This document shows, one piece after another, positions 37,334 to 46,422 of a stretch of DNA of 64,000 nucleotides. The notes below the pieces were generated by a model. It saw only the letters and a program-made list of their open reading frames with translations, searched no databases and was not told where the DNA came from. Positions within the stretch are counted from its first letter, which is position 1; each line of letters begins with the position of its first letter. Source of the stretch: an uncultured Alphaproteobacteria bacterium (lineage in GTDB: Bacteria > Pseudomonadota > Alphaproteobacteria > RF32 > CAG-239); assembly GCA_947588655.1 (NCBI GenBank), contig CANPYS010000001.1, positions 6,391 to 70,390 of the forward strand, written 5' to 3'. Both the position numbers and the translations under genes were made by a program.

Positions 37334-38102
37334 TTTATTAAGAGACATCATGGAAAACGGCGTGGATAAAACGGATCGCACCGGTGTGGGGACACGTTCT
37401 GTTTTTGGGCGTCAGATGCGCTTTGATTTGAATGCGGGTTTTCCGCTTGTAACCACCAAAAAAGTGCACCTTAAAAGTATTATTTATGAGCTTTTGTGGT
37501 TCATTAAGGGTGATACAAACGTGAAATATCTGCAAGATAACGGCGTGCGTATCTGGAATGAATGGGCGGATGAAAACGGCAGTCTCGGGCCGGTTTACGG
37601 CGCGCAATGGCGTAACTGGAACGGCGAGGGGATTGATCAGCTTCAAAATGTGATTCATCAGCTCAAAACCAACCCGAACGACAGGCGGATGATTGTCTCG
37701 GCTTGGAATGTGGGGCAAATCGGGCAGATGCGGTTGCCACCGTGCCACATGATGTATCAGTTTTATGTGGCAAACGGCAAACTTTCGTGCATGCTTTATC
37801 AGCGCTCGTGCGATATGTTTTTGGGTGTGCCGTTTAACATTGCCTCTTATGCGCTTTTAACCATGATGGTCGCGCAGGTCACGGGTCTGAAACTTGGCGA
37901 ATTTGTGCATACTTTGGGCGATACGCACATTTATCACAATCACTTTGAGCAGGTTCGCGAGCAATTAACGCGTACTCCCTTGAAACTGCCGACCATGAAA
38001 CTTAATCCCGATGTGAAAGACATCAATGACTTTCGCTATGAAGACTTTGAACTCATCGGCTATGAAAGTTACGGCGTCTTAAAAGGCAAGGTTGCCGTCT
38101 AA
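37317..38102 (+). CDS. thyA: thymidylate synthase
   Basis: [27 protein letters not shown]..., LPPCH active-site Cys, [16 protein letters not shown]. Confidence 0.9.
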   Translation: MKQYLDLLRDIMENGVDKTDRTGVGTRSVFGRQMRFDLNAGFPLVTTKKVHLKSIIYELLWFIKGDTNVKYLQDNGVRIWNEWADENGSLGPVYGAQWRNWNGEGIDQLQNVIHQLKTNPNDRRMIVSAWNVGQIGQMRLPPCHMMYQFYVANGKLSCMLYQRSCDMFLGVPFNIASYALLTMMVAQVTGLKLGEFVHTLGDTHIYHNHFEQVREQLTRTPLKLPTMKLNPDVKDINDFRYEDFELIGYESYGVLKGKVAV

Positions 38103-38136
38103 AATCTTCGTAAAATATTTTAAAAAGGAGGCAGAT

Positions 38137-38805
38137 ATGAAAGTGTTTTTAACCGGCGGCAATGGCAATATCGGTTCTGCAATCAAAGAAAAATTTATTC
38201 ATAACGGCGATGAAGTTGTCGCGCCCTCAAGCGCGGAGCTTGATTTATCTGATTTAGCGGCGATTGAGGCTTATTTTAAGAAAAATGGCGCTGATTTTGA
38301 CGTCGTGGTGCATTGCGCTGGCTATAATCCGATTGCCTCGGCTGAAGAATTAACAGCCACTGAATTTTTGAAAACGGAAAACATTAATGTGACGGCGCTT
38401 TTAGAAATTTGTAAGCATGTGATGCCTTATTTTCAAAAGAAAAAACGCGGTTATGTGTTAGGGATTGCCTCGCTTTATGCCACCACGGGACGTTCGGACA
38501 GAGCGGCTTATGCGGCTTCAAAGCATGCGTTGCGTGGGCTTGTTCAAACGCTTGCAATTGAGCTTGGTAAATATCAGGTCATGTGCAATACCGTTTCCCC
38601 AGGGTATGTGGATACCAAAATGTTTCGCGCCCGCAATAGTGCAGAAAAAATCCAATCAATTGTTTCTAAAATTCCGCTTCAACGGTTGGCGCAATCTCAA
38701 GATATTGCAGATATTGTGGCGTTTTTATGCAGTCCGCAAAACACTTACATCACGGGGCAGGATATTATTGTTGACGGTGGCTTTATGGCAGGTGGTTTTC
38801 AATAA
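38137..38805 (+). CDS. short-chain dehydrogenase/reductase (SDR)
   Basis: AGGAGG RBS. TGGNGNIGSAI Rossmann motif and YAASKHAL (YxxxK). Confidence 0.7.
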   Translation: MKVFLTGGNGNIGSAIKEKFIHNGDEVVAPSSAELDLSDLAAIEAYFKKNGADFDVVVHCAGYNPIASAEELTATEFLKTENINVTALLEICKHVMPYFQKKKRGYVLGIASLYATTGRSDRAAYAASKHALRGLVQTLAIELGKYQVMCNTVSPGYVDTKMFRARNSAEKIQSIVSKIPLQRLAQSQDIADIVAFLCSPQNTYITGQDIIVDGGFMAGGFQ

Positions 38806-39005
38806 AGCAGCATGCTTTATAAAAATAAATTGCTTTGTGTCCTGACTTTAGTCATTTTTGGAAAAATTGTTCAAATAATTAAAAATAGTTATTGCTTTTT
38901 TAATGTTGTGTGTTATAGAGCATTCCAGATTAAGAATCTATGGAAACTAACCAGAGTTTAAAAGGGGTTCCTTTTAGGCTCATCTTGAATTGATAAGGAA
39001 ATAAA

Positions 39006-42000
39006 ATGTCAGATGTTAAAATGAAAATGATGGACGCTAATGAAGCCGCGGCTTCTGTGGCGCACCGCATGAATGAAGTTTGTGTGATTTACCCAATCAC
39101 GCCGTCTTCCCCGATGGGCGAGTGGGCAGATGCTTGGTCGGCGGCCAAGCAGAAAAACCTTTGGGGTGTGATCCCTGAGGTGCAGGAAATGCAGTCCGAG
39201 GCCGGTGCCGCGGGTGCTTGCCACGGTTCGTTGCAGGCAGGCTCGCTCACCACAACCTTTACGGCTTCGCAAGGCTTGCTTTTGATGATTCCAAATATGT
39301 ATAAGATTGCCGGCGAATTGTTCCCGTTTGTGATGCATGTTGCCGCGCGCTCTTTGGCTTATCATGCCTTATCAATTTTTGGCGATCATTCCGATGTGAT
39401 GGGTTGCCGCCAGACAGGTTTTGCTATGCTCTGCTCAAATTCCGTTCAGGAAGCGCACGACTTTGCCGCGATTGCGCAAACATCTACTTTGCGTTCACGC
39501 GTGCCATTTATGCACTTCTTTGACGGTTTCAGAACATCGCACGAAATCAAAAAAATCAGCCTCCTTTCCGATGATGATTTGCGCGGTATGCTAGACGGCG
39601 TTGATTATACCTTTAACGCTAAGCATGCTTTGCGTCCTGAAAAGCCCGTTATTCGCGGCACAGCGCAAAACCCTGATGTGTTTTTCCAAGGTCGCGAGGC
39701 GTCTAACCCTTATTATCAAAAGGTTGAAGGCATTGTTCAGGAAGAAATGGATAAGTTTGCTAAAATTTCCGGCAGATCTTACCATGTCGTGGATTATTTC
39801 GGTGCGCCTGATGCTGAAGAAGTGATTGTGATTATGGGTTCCGGCGGCGAAACCGTTGAAGAAGCCATTACTTACTTAAATAATCAAGGTGCTAAACTCG
39901 GTGTGATGAAAGTCCATTTGTATCGTCCGTTCCCGGTTCAAAGTTTCTTGAAAGTTTTGCCGAAATCCGTCAAGGCTGTTTCAGTGCTTGATCGTACCAA
40001 AGAATCGGGCTCTATTGGCGAACCGTTGTACTTGGATGTTGTCGCGACACTCACACAAGCGTTTGCGCATGGTCAAATCAGCGCGATGCCGAAAATTGTC
40101 GGCGGTCGTTATGGCTTGTCTTCTAAAGAATTTACCCCCGGCATGGTTAAAGCGGTCTTTGATAACGGCTTGTCTGCCAACCCGATTAACGGTTTCTCGG
40201 TCGGTATCACAGATGATGTGAGCAAAACTTCGCTTGCCTTTGATGATAGCATTGATACCGAGCCGCAAGACGTGGTTCGTGCCGTGTTCTTCGGCTTGGG
40301 TGCCGATGGTACGGTCGGGGCGAACAAAAACTCCATTAAAATTATTGCCGAAGATGCCGGTAAGTACGGGCAGGGCTATTTTGTGTATGACTCCCGTAAA
40401 TCCGGTTCTATGACAACATCGCACTTGCGTTTTTCGGATCATCCGATTAAGTCGGCTTACCTTATTTCTAAGGCTGATTTTGTGGCTTGTCACCAATTCC
40501 CCTTCATGAATAAGGTGGATATCTTAAAAATTGCCAAACCCGGCGCGACTTTCTTGCTTAACGCGCCTTATACGGCAGATGAAGTTTGGGACAAGCTCCC
40601 GATTGAAGTCCAACAGCAAATCATTGAGAAAAAACTTCAGTTTTATACCATTAACGCGGTTGAAGTGGCGCGTGCTACAGGTATGGGGCAACGCATTAAT
40701 ACCGTGATGCAGACTTGCTTCTTCGCCATTTCTAACATTTTGCCCAAAGATGAGGCGATTGCGCAAATTAAGGCTGCGATTAAGAAAACTTATTCCAAGA
40801 AGGGCGATGCCATCGTGCAGAAAAATTTTGAAGCGGTTGATGCCTCGTTGGAGCACTTGCACAAAGTGGAATATCCTTCCACGGTGACTTCAACTTTCCA
40901 CCGTCAAGAGCCTGTTCCGGCCGATGCGCCTGAATTTGTGAAACGTTTGACCGGCGAACTTATTGCCGACCGTGGCAACGAGCTTCCTGTTTCGGCCTTT
41001 GCCGAAGTGGCGGACGGCACTTGGCCGACCGGTACAACGCAGTTTGAAAAGCGTTGCATTGCCACCGAAATTCCGGTTTGGGATCCTGAAGTGTGTATCC
41101 AATGCGGTAAATGCTCGCTTGTTTGCCCGCATGGTGTTATTCGTATGAAAGTGGCTTCTGATGAGGAGCTTAAAGACGCCCCGGCAACCTTAAAACGTGC
41201 CGATTATAAGGGCAAGGAATTTGCCGGCAAGAAGTTTATGCTTCAAATTTCGCCGGAAGACTGCACGGGTTGCGGTTTGTGTGTTTCGGCTTGTCCGGCG
41301 CGTAACAAAATTGATGCGCTTAAAAAAGCTATTAATATGGATCACATTGAAAAGCATTTGGCGGAGCAAAAGGCAAACTGGAAGTTCTTTGAAAAGTTGC
41401 CTTATGTGAAACGTACCGAAGTGGAGAAAAATCTGCCCAAGACAACGCAACTTATTCAGCCTTTGTTTGAATATTCCGGTGCTTGCGCTGGTTGTGGCGA
41501 AACACCTTACATCAAGCTCGTCACACAGCTTTTCGGTGATCGTATGGTTGTTGCCAATGCTACAGGTTGCTCGTCTATTTATTCTGGCAACCTGCCGACC
41601 ACGCCTTATACCAAAGATGAAAAAGGTCATGGTCCGGCTTGGGCGAACTCGTTGTTTGAAGATAATGCCGAGTTTGGCTTGGGTATGCGGTTCTCCATTG
41701 ATCAGCAAACAAGCGTTGCCAAAACCCTTTTGGAAGGCTTAAAAGATCAGATTGGGGCAGATCTCGTCACGCAAATTTTGGGCAATCCGCAAAAGACTGA
41801 TGTGGAAGTTGAGGCTCAGCGCGGTTACGTTGAGGCTCTTCGCCAAAAGCTTGCAACAATTTCTTCGTCAGAAGCCAAGCATTTGAATGAATTGGCTGAT
41901 TACTTAATCCGCAAATCCGTTTGGATCTTCGGTGGTGACGGTTGGGCGTATGATATTGGTTTCGGCGGTTTGGATCATGCCATTGCGTCTGGCAAAAATA

Positions 42001-42560
42001 TCAATATTTTGGTGATTGATACCGGCGTTTATTCCAATACCGGCGGTCAACAGTCCAAGGCAACCCCGATGGGCGCTTCCGCCAAATTTGCCACGGCAGG
42101 TAAAGAATTACCCAAGAAAGATTTGGGCATGATTGCCATGTCGTACGGCAATGTTTATGTGGCGCAAGTTTCCTTTGGTGCAAACGACATGCAGTTGATT
42201 AAAGCCTTAAACGAGGCGGAAGCTTATGACGGTCCGTCTATCGTGATTGCATACTCACACTGCATTGCGCAGGGCTTTAACCTTGCCGAAGGTGTGGAAC
42301 ACCAAAAGAACGCTGTTGAAACAGGCTCATGGCCTTTGTATCGCTACAATCCGGACAACGTCAAAGAAGGCAAAGCGCCTTTGATGTTAGACTCCAAAGC
42401 ACCCTCTCGGCCGCTTTCGGACTATATGTCTAATGAAACGCGTTTCCAGATTGTCAACAAAGCCAACCCCGAGCGTTATGAAAAGCTTTTGAACAAGGCA
42501 CAAGAGAATGTAAAGGAAAAACGTGCATTGTTAGAGCATCTTGCTCGGAAAGACGTATAA
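39006..42560 (+). CDS. nifJ: pyruvate:ferredoxin (flavodoxin) oxidoreductase, single-polypeptide PFOR
   Basis: 1184 aa. Two ferredoxin-type motifs CIQCGKCSLVCPHG and CTGCGLCVSACPA. TPP-binding GGDGW...D. Domain order I-VI as in NifJ/Por. Confidence 0.9.
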   Translation: MSDVKMKMMDANEAAASVAHRMNEVCVIYPITPSSPMGEWADAWSAAKQKNLWGVIPEVQEMQSEAGAAGACHGSLQAGSLTTTFTASQGLLLMIPNMYKIAGELFPFVMHVAARSLAYHALSIFGDHSDVMGCRQTGFAMLCSNSVQEAHDFAAIAQTSTLRSRVPFMHFFDGFRTSHEIKKISLLSDDDLRGMLDGVDYTFNAKHALRPEKPVIRGTAQNPDVFFQGREASNPYYQKVEGIVQEEMDKFAKISGRSYHVVDYFGAPDAEEVIVIMGSGGETVEEAITYLNNQGAKLGVMKVHLYRPFPVQSFLKVLPKSVKAVSVLDRTKESGSIGEPLYLDVVATLTQAFAHGQISAMPKIVGGRYGLSSKEFTPGMVKAVFDNGLSANPINGFSVGITDDVSKTSLAFDDSIDTEPQDVVRAVFFGLGADGTVGANKNSIKIIAEDAGKYGQGYFVYDSRKSGSMTTSHLRFSDHPIKSAYLISKADFVACHQFPFMNKVDILKIAKPGATFLLNAPYTADEVWDKLPIEVQQQIIEKKLQFYTINAVEVARATGMGQRINTVMQTCFFAISNILPKDEAIAQIKAAIKKTYSKKGDAIVQKNFEAVDASLEHLHKVEYPSTVTSTFHRQEPVPADAPEFVKRLTGELIADRGNELPVSAFAEVADGTWPTGTTQFEKRCIATEIPVWDPEVCIQCGKCSLVCPHGVIRMKVASDEELKDAPATLKRADYKGKEFAGKKFMLQISPEDCTGCGLCVSACPARNKIDALKKAINMDHIEKHLAEQKANWKFFEKLPYVKRTEVEKNLPKTTQLIQPLFEYSGACAGCGETPYIKLVTQLFGDRMVVANATGCSSIYSGNLPTTPYTKDEKGHGPAWANSLFEDNAEFGLGMRFSIDQQTSVAKTLLEGLKDQIGADLVTQILGNPQKTDVEVEAQRGYVEALRQKLATISSSEAKHLNELADYLIRKSVWIFGGDGWAYDIGFGGLDHAIASGKNINILVIDTGVYSNTGGQQSKATPMGASAKFATAGKELPKKDLGMIAMSYGNVYVAQVSFGANDMQLIKALNEAEAYDGPSIVIAYSHCIAQGFNLAEGVEHQKNAVETGSWPLYRYNPDNVKEGKAPLMLDSKAPSRPLSDYMSNETRFQIVNKANPERYEKLLNKAQENVKEKRALLEHLARKDV

Positions 42561-42756
42561 CCACGAGGGAATGCGTCTAATGGGCGCCTTTTGGAAATGC
42601 GTCTAGCTGGCACCTAGAGCAATTTAAGGGGCAAAAGTGTCCTCACGTACGCTTTTAGTACGCTGTGGTACTTTTGCCCCTTAAATCACTCTATCTGCAC
42701 ACGCTATCCGCATTTCCGAGGACTATGATTAAAAATAAGGATTCGATATTAAAAAA

Positions 42757-42790
42757 ACGTCCATTTCAAAATGGACGTTTTTTGTTGCTT
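42757..42790 (+). terminator. rho-independent terminator after nifJ (same hairpin as 33043-33078)
   Basis: AAAACGTCCATTTCAAAATGGACGTTTTTTGTTG. Confidence 0.65.
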
Positions 42791-42799
42791 TAATATAGC

Positions 42800-42908
42800 A
42801 ATTTAAAGGTACCTTTAAATTGATGCGATTCGACAGCCACCGAACGTCATGCTGAACTTGTTTCAGCATCTCTTTGATGAGATCCCGAAACAAGTCCGGA
42901 ATGACAAA
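42800..42908 (-). repeat. orphan reverse-oriented fragment of the paralog upstream cassette (double-hairpin part)
   Basis: GTCATGCTGAACTTGTTTCAGCATCTCTTTGATGAGATCCCGAAACAAGTCCGGAATGAC is the reverse complement of the arm1-A-arm2 element. No paralog gene follows on the minus strand. Confidence 0.6.
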
Positions 42909-42921
42909 GAAAAAACAAGAA

Positions 42922-43387
42922 AATCAATAACTTATCATCAAAACATGTGCAAAAAAAGGTACCTTTAAATGTGCAATTTGTCAAGAAAAATTTTTGAGAT
43001 TTTTCAAAAGGTTATTTTCTTGATAAAACGTGCATTTAAACGTACGTTTTTTTGAGAAATGTGTATAGCGGCACATCTAAAGCCGTTTTTTCAAGTTCGG
43101 AAAATTCACGTACGTCTATGTACGCTCAAATTTTCCTCACTTTTGAAACGACTTTATCTGCACCACTCTCCACATTTCTTTGGCTAGAACAAGAGAGGGA
43201 AAGTCTCTCTAAAATGTCATTTCCAAACTCGTTTCGGGATCTCATAAAAAGAGATGCTGAAACAAGTTCAGCATGACATTTGGGGTGTTTTGGGGATGAC
43301 GATTCGGAAGAGTTTGTTGTCCTAGACTCTTCGCTGACGCTCAGAGTGACCATGACGGCGGAAATAGTGACGAACAAGGAGGAAAGA
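42922..43387 (+). promoter_or_regulatory. upstream cassette (copy for P4), interrupted by ~150 bp of unrelated repeat sequence
   Basis: First half 42922-43050 matches the cassette (AAATGTGCAATTT..., AACGTGCATTTAAACGTACG). 43055-43205 differs (shares gaaaattcacgtac...tacgct with 32926-32990). Arm2/TGACGATTCGG/RBS resume at 43205-43387. Confidence 0.6.
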
Positions 43388-44506
43388 ATGAGGTATGTTT
43401 TATTTTTAATAGCAATTTTGTTTTCAAGTCAGGCGGTAGCGCTGAATTGTGAAAAGCAACCAACCTGTGAAGAATTAAATTATTCTAAAGAAGATGATCC
43501 GCAATGTGCCGATGACGGCTATATCTTATGTCCGTTTGACTTCTCATACAAAAAATGTGCACAGCCTGATTGCTCAAAAATGGGCTTTACACACTCCAAT
43601 AAATCCGCTTGGTGTGAAGAAATTATTTATTGCCCGCAAGATAACACATATTCTCTTTGCAAAACACTCCAACTGCAATGTGAAATCGGCGATGTCTTTT
43701 TTGCCGACCGCACCTGTGGCAAAGCTTCCGATTGGTCAAAAGAAAGTGGCAAAATCCCTGTGGGCATTGTTTATTATGTGGAAGAGGGCGGGCGCCACGG
43801 ACGCGTGATAAACCTCAAAAACCTTTGGCGCGGTTCGGATTATCTTTTTCATGCTGATAGCCCTTACAGTGGCTTAAGTGATTACATGCCTTGGGGCTAT
43901 CAAAATTATGACCTTACATCTCTTAAAAACTATGATGGCTCGCCTGAAATTTTGAATGCTTTGCAAACGCGCGATCCCGATTTGTACAAAGGCGAAGAAA
44001 ACACAAAGCTGATTTTAGAAGCCAAAGCTCCGGATTGTGCTTATCAAAAGAATACCAAAGAATACGCTCAGTATTGTGTGCCGACGGCGGCTTTGGCGGC
44101 ACATCAATTTTATCCGCCTGAAGCCGGTGCGGATAACCTTTATGTCGGGCAGGGTAAGTGGTATTTGCCTTCATGGGGCGAGTGGATGGAAGTTTATGGC
44201 TATGATAATAGTCAAATTGTGTGTGGCGGACCTCAAAATTGTACGACGGCAGATTCAGCAAATAATGAGGGAACGTCAGGCGCTGTCGGTGATCATAAAA
44301 AATTAATTGAAACTGCGCTTCAAACACTTCAAGAAAAAGGCGCTGGTGCCGAAAAACTTGTCAGAGGTCCTTTTTGGAGTTCCACGGAATATGATTCATT
44401 CAGTGCGCGTACGTTTTATATGGACTCAGGCCATCGTTCAGCATACAATAAAAAGAATGCTGATAATAATTATCATGCGTACGTTCGCGCAAGCCTGAAG
44501 TTTTAA
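43388..44506 (+). CDS. secreted Cys-rich paralog P4 (DUF1566/Lcl-C-like C-terminus)
   Basis: AAGGAGG RBS, MRYVLFLIAILFSSQAVA|LNCE. C-terminal KWYLPSWGEWMEVYGY, FWSSTEY and ...YHAYVRASLKF. The longer ORF-track start at 43280 has no RBS. Confidence 0.8.
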   Translation: MRYVLFLIAILFSSQAVALNCEKQPTCEELNYSKEDDPQCADDGYILCPFDFSYKKCAQPDCSKMGFTHSNKSAWCEEIIYCPQDNTYSLCKTLQLQCEIGDVFFADRTCGKASDWSKESGKIPVGIVYYVEEGGRHGRVINLKNLWRGSDYLFHADSPYSGLSDYMPWGYQNYDLTSLKNYDGSPEILNALQTRDPDLYKGEENTKLILEAKAPDCAYQKNTKEYAQYCVPTAALAAHQFYPPEAGADNLYVGQGKWYLPSWGEWMEVYGYDNSQIVCGGPQNCTTADSANNEGTSGAVGDHKKLIETALQTLQEKGAGAEKLVRGPFWSSTEYDSFSARTFYMDSGHRSAYNKKNADNNYHAYVRASLKF

Positions 44507-44759
44507 AAAGGCTATGGAACGCGTCTAGCGGACACCTAGAGCAATTTAATGGGCAAAACTGTCCTCACGTACGTCTTATGGTCTAACTCGTTTCGGTCTT
44601 GCTCGTAAGTTTTGCGTAAAACGCAAACTAACTTGTTTCGGTCACCGCTCTGTAACGCTTGCCGTCAAATCCGATTTTTTCTGGCGCTTTTTGTTGTTTC
44701 TATTCGCCTCATTATCTGTCTTTCCTAAGGTTTACTAACGTCCGTCATGACCAAAATTT

Positions 44760-44966
44760 CTAAATGATTGAGGCATTGACGTATAGGGTTTGGCTTTTTC
44801 TGATTTGATAAAAGTTTTTCGCGGACACTTTCCAAGCGTTTTTGAATTTCTTTATCTTGATAAATATTGCTCTTATTTTCTTTAGTATGTACTGTTTGAC
44901 GTCTGTAATCAGCTCTTGCATAATTTTGTCGGCGATAGGTGTTGCCTTTTCTTTTTCGTCGGCCAT
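44760..44966 (-). CDS. hypothetical small Lys-rich protein
   Basis: 68-aa ORF with AGGAG about 11 nt upstream. No recognised family, so low confidence. Confidence 0.25.
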   Translation of the reverse strand: MADEKEKATPIADKIMQELITDVKQYILKKIRAIFIKIKKFKNAWKVSAKNFYQIRKSQTLYVNASII

Positions 44967-45068
44967 TATTGTTACTCCTCTTATTTCAAGAGAACCAATA
45001 TAATTTAAGTATACCTTATTTATGTATAAAAGTCAATTAAAATGATGCTTGTTTACCGTAACGAATCA

Positions 45069-45102
45069 ACAAAAAAAGAGGTATGAAAATACCTCTTTTT
45101 TT
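45069..45102. terminator. palindromic terminator 3' of tRNA-Lys
   Basis: AAAAAAAGAGGTATGAAAATACCTCTTTTTTT, bidirectional. Confidence 0.6.
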
Positions 45103-45104
45103 GT

Positions 45105-45180
45105 TGGTGAGCGCGTCGGGATTCGAACCCGAGACCCTTTGATTAAAAGTCAAATGCTCTACCGACTGAGCTACGCACCC
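45105..45180 (-). tRNA. tRNA-Lys (anticodon UUU)
   Basis: The reverse complement folds as a cloverleaf: GGGTGCGTAGCTCAGTCGGTAGAGCATTTGACTTTTAATCAAAGGGTCTCGGGTTCGAATCCCGACGCGCTCACCA. Anticodon loop cTTTTaa, encoded CCA. Confidence 0.85.
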
Positions 45181-45334
45181 TTATACAATGTGCTGATATA
45201 TAAAAGATAATAAAACGCCTGTCAACAAAAAAAATAAAAAAAGTTAAAAAATTTAAAAAAGGTGTTTATTTGTTAAGAATTATGTGCTATTGTTAATTCC
45301 ATATGATGTGTTTAATTTATGTTAGAGGTTAAAA

Positions 45335-45646
45335 ATGGCTCAAAATCAACCGTCAGAAGATAGTCGCTATGATATTTTGCAAAATAATCGCGGCGATATT
45401 TTGATTATTTTATCGCAACGCAACGGTGGTCCTGAAAATCCGCTCTTTATTTATGACGGTTCTCAATACGCCCTTTTATACCGCAGTCACGAAAGTACGG
45501 TTTATTTTGACGATATTGCACCTGAAGCGCGCACACCTTTGAAATCTGTCTCTTCTATGAAGATTGTTGAAATTGAAAATGATGATGTCGTTCGTGAATA
45601 TTCCGTTCCTGTTCGGTTGGTTAAAAACGTTAAAGCCCTGATGTAG
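45335..45646 (+). CDS. hypothetical protein
   Basis: 103-aa ORF with RBS-like GAGGTTAAAAATG. No family recognised. Confidence 0.35.
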   Translation: MAQNQPSEDSRYDILQNNRGDILIILSQRNGGPENPLFIYDGSQYALLYRSHESTVYFDDIAPEARTPLKSVSSMKIVEIENDDVVREYSVPVRLVKNVKALM

Positions 45647-45701
45647 GCTTTCATAATTTAAAATGAGGGCTTTCAAGCCCTTATTTTTATATGAGGATAT
45701 T

Positions 45702-46421
45702 ATGACTTCTATATCTTTTCAACGGTTTGATTTTGATGAACTGGACAGTACCAATAATAAAGCCGCTGATTTGGCGTGCCTGTTTCAAAAACCTTTGTTC
45801 GTTGTGGCTAAACGTCAGACAAACGGTCGCGGTCGGCGCGGGCGCTCATGGGCGTCTTTGGAGGGCAACTTATTTGTTTCGTTTGCTTTTGACGGTGCAG
45901 GGCTTTCAGCAGGGCAATGGTCTGTTTTAAGCGGTGTGGCGGTTATGCAAACAGTACGACATTTTTGTCCTGAGGCTGATGTTCAAATCAAATGGCCGAA
46001 CGATGTCTTGGCTTTTGGCGGTAAAATTTCAGGTATTTTGTTTGAACGTGCCGATAATGGCTTTTGGATTATGGGTATTGGCATTAATGTTACTTGTCAT
46101 CCTCAAGAAACAACGATTGGCTATCATGCCGAAAGTTTAGCTCATTTGGGCGCAAAGACTGATGCTAACGAGGTTTTAAGCGTTTTAATACAAAAGTTTC
46201 AGGCGCTTTTGAGTGTGGCTTTTGCCGAGTCGTTTGAACCTATCCGCCAAGTTTGGCTTGACAATGCTTATCATTTGGGGCAAAACATAAAAATAAAACA
46301 AGAAAAACAAATTGTTGAAGGTACTCTCATCGGACTTGATTTAGAGGCTAACCTTTTGATACGCACAAGCAAAGGCTTAGAACGCCTGAATTATGGCGAT
46401 ATTTTATATGAAAAGGAATAA
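45702..46421 (+). CDS. birA: biotin--[acetyl-CoA-carboxylase] ligase (group I BirA, no DNA-binding domain)
   Basis: GAGGA RBS, MTSISFQRFDFDELDSTN. Biotin-binding GRGRRGRSW motif, KWPNDV. Confidence 0.8.
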   Translation: MTSISFQRFDFDELDSTNNKAADLACLFQKPLFVVAKRQTNGRGRRGRSWASLEGNLFVSFAFDGAGLSAGQWSVLSGVAVMQTVRHFCPEADVQIKWPNDVLAFGGKISGILFERADNGFWIMGIGINVTCHPQETTIGYHAESLAHLGAKTDANEVLSVLIQKFQALLSVAFAESFEPIRQVWLDNAYHLGQNIKIKQEKQIVEGTLIGLDLEANLLIRTSKGLERLNYGDILYEKE

Positions 46422-46422
46422 A

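Noticed and set aside
39981-41742. Antisense ORFs of 100-172 aa inside nifJ
   Set aside because: They are embedded in a 1184-aa PFOR with intact motifs. Typical spurious antisense frames.
43280-43387. Longer N-terminal extension of P4 as called by the ORF track (start 43280)
   Set aside because: The extension has no RBS and covers the conserved upstream cassette. All paralogs start at the conserved MKYVLF/MRYVLF preceded by TAAGGAG/AAGGAGG.
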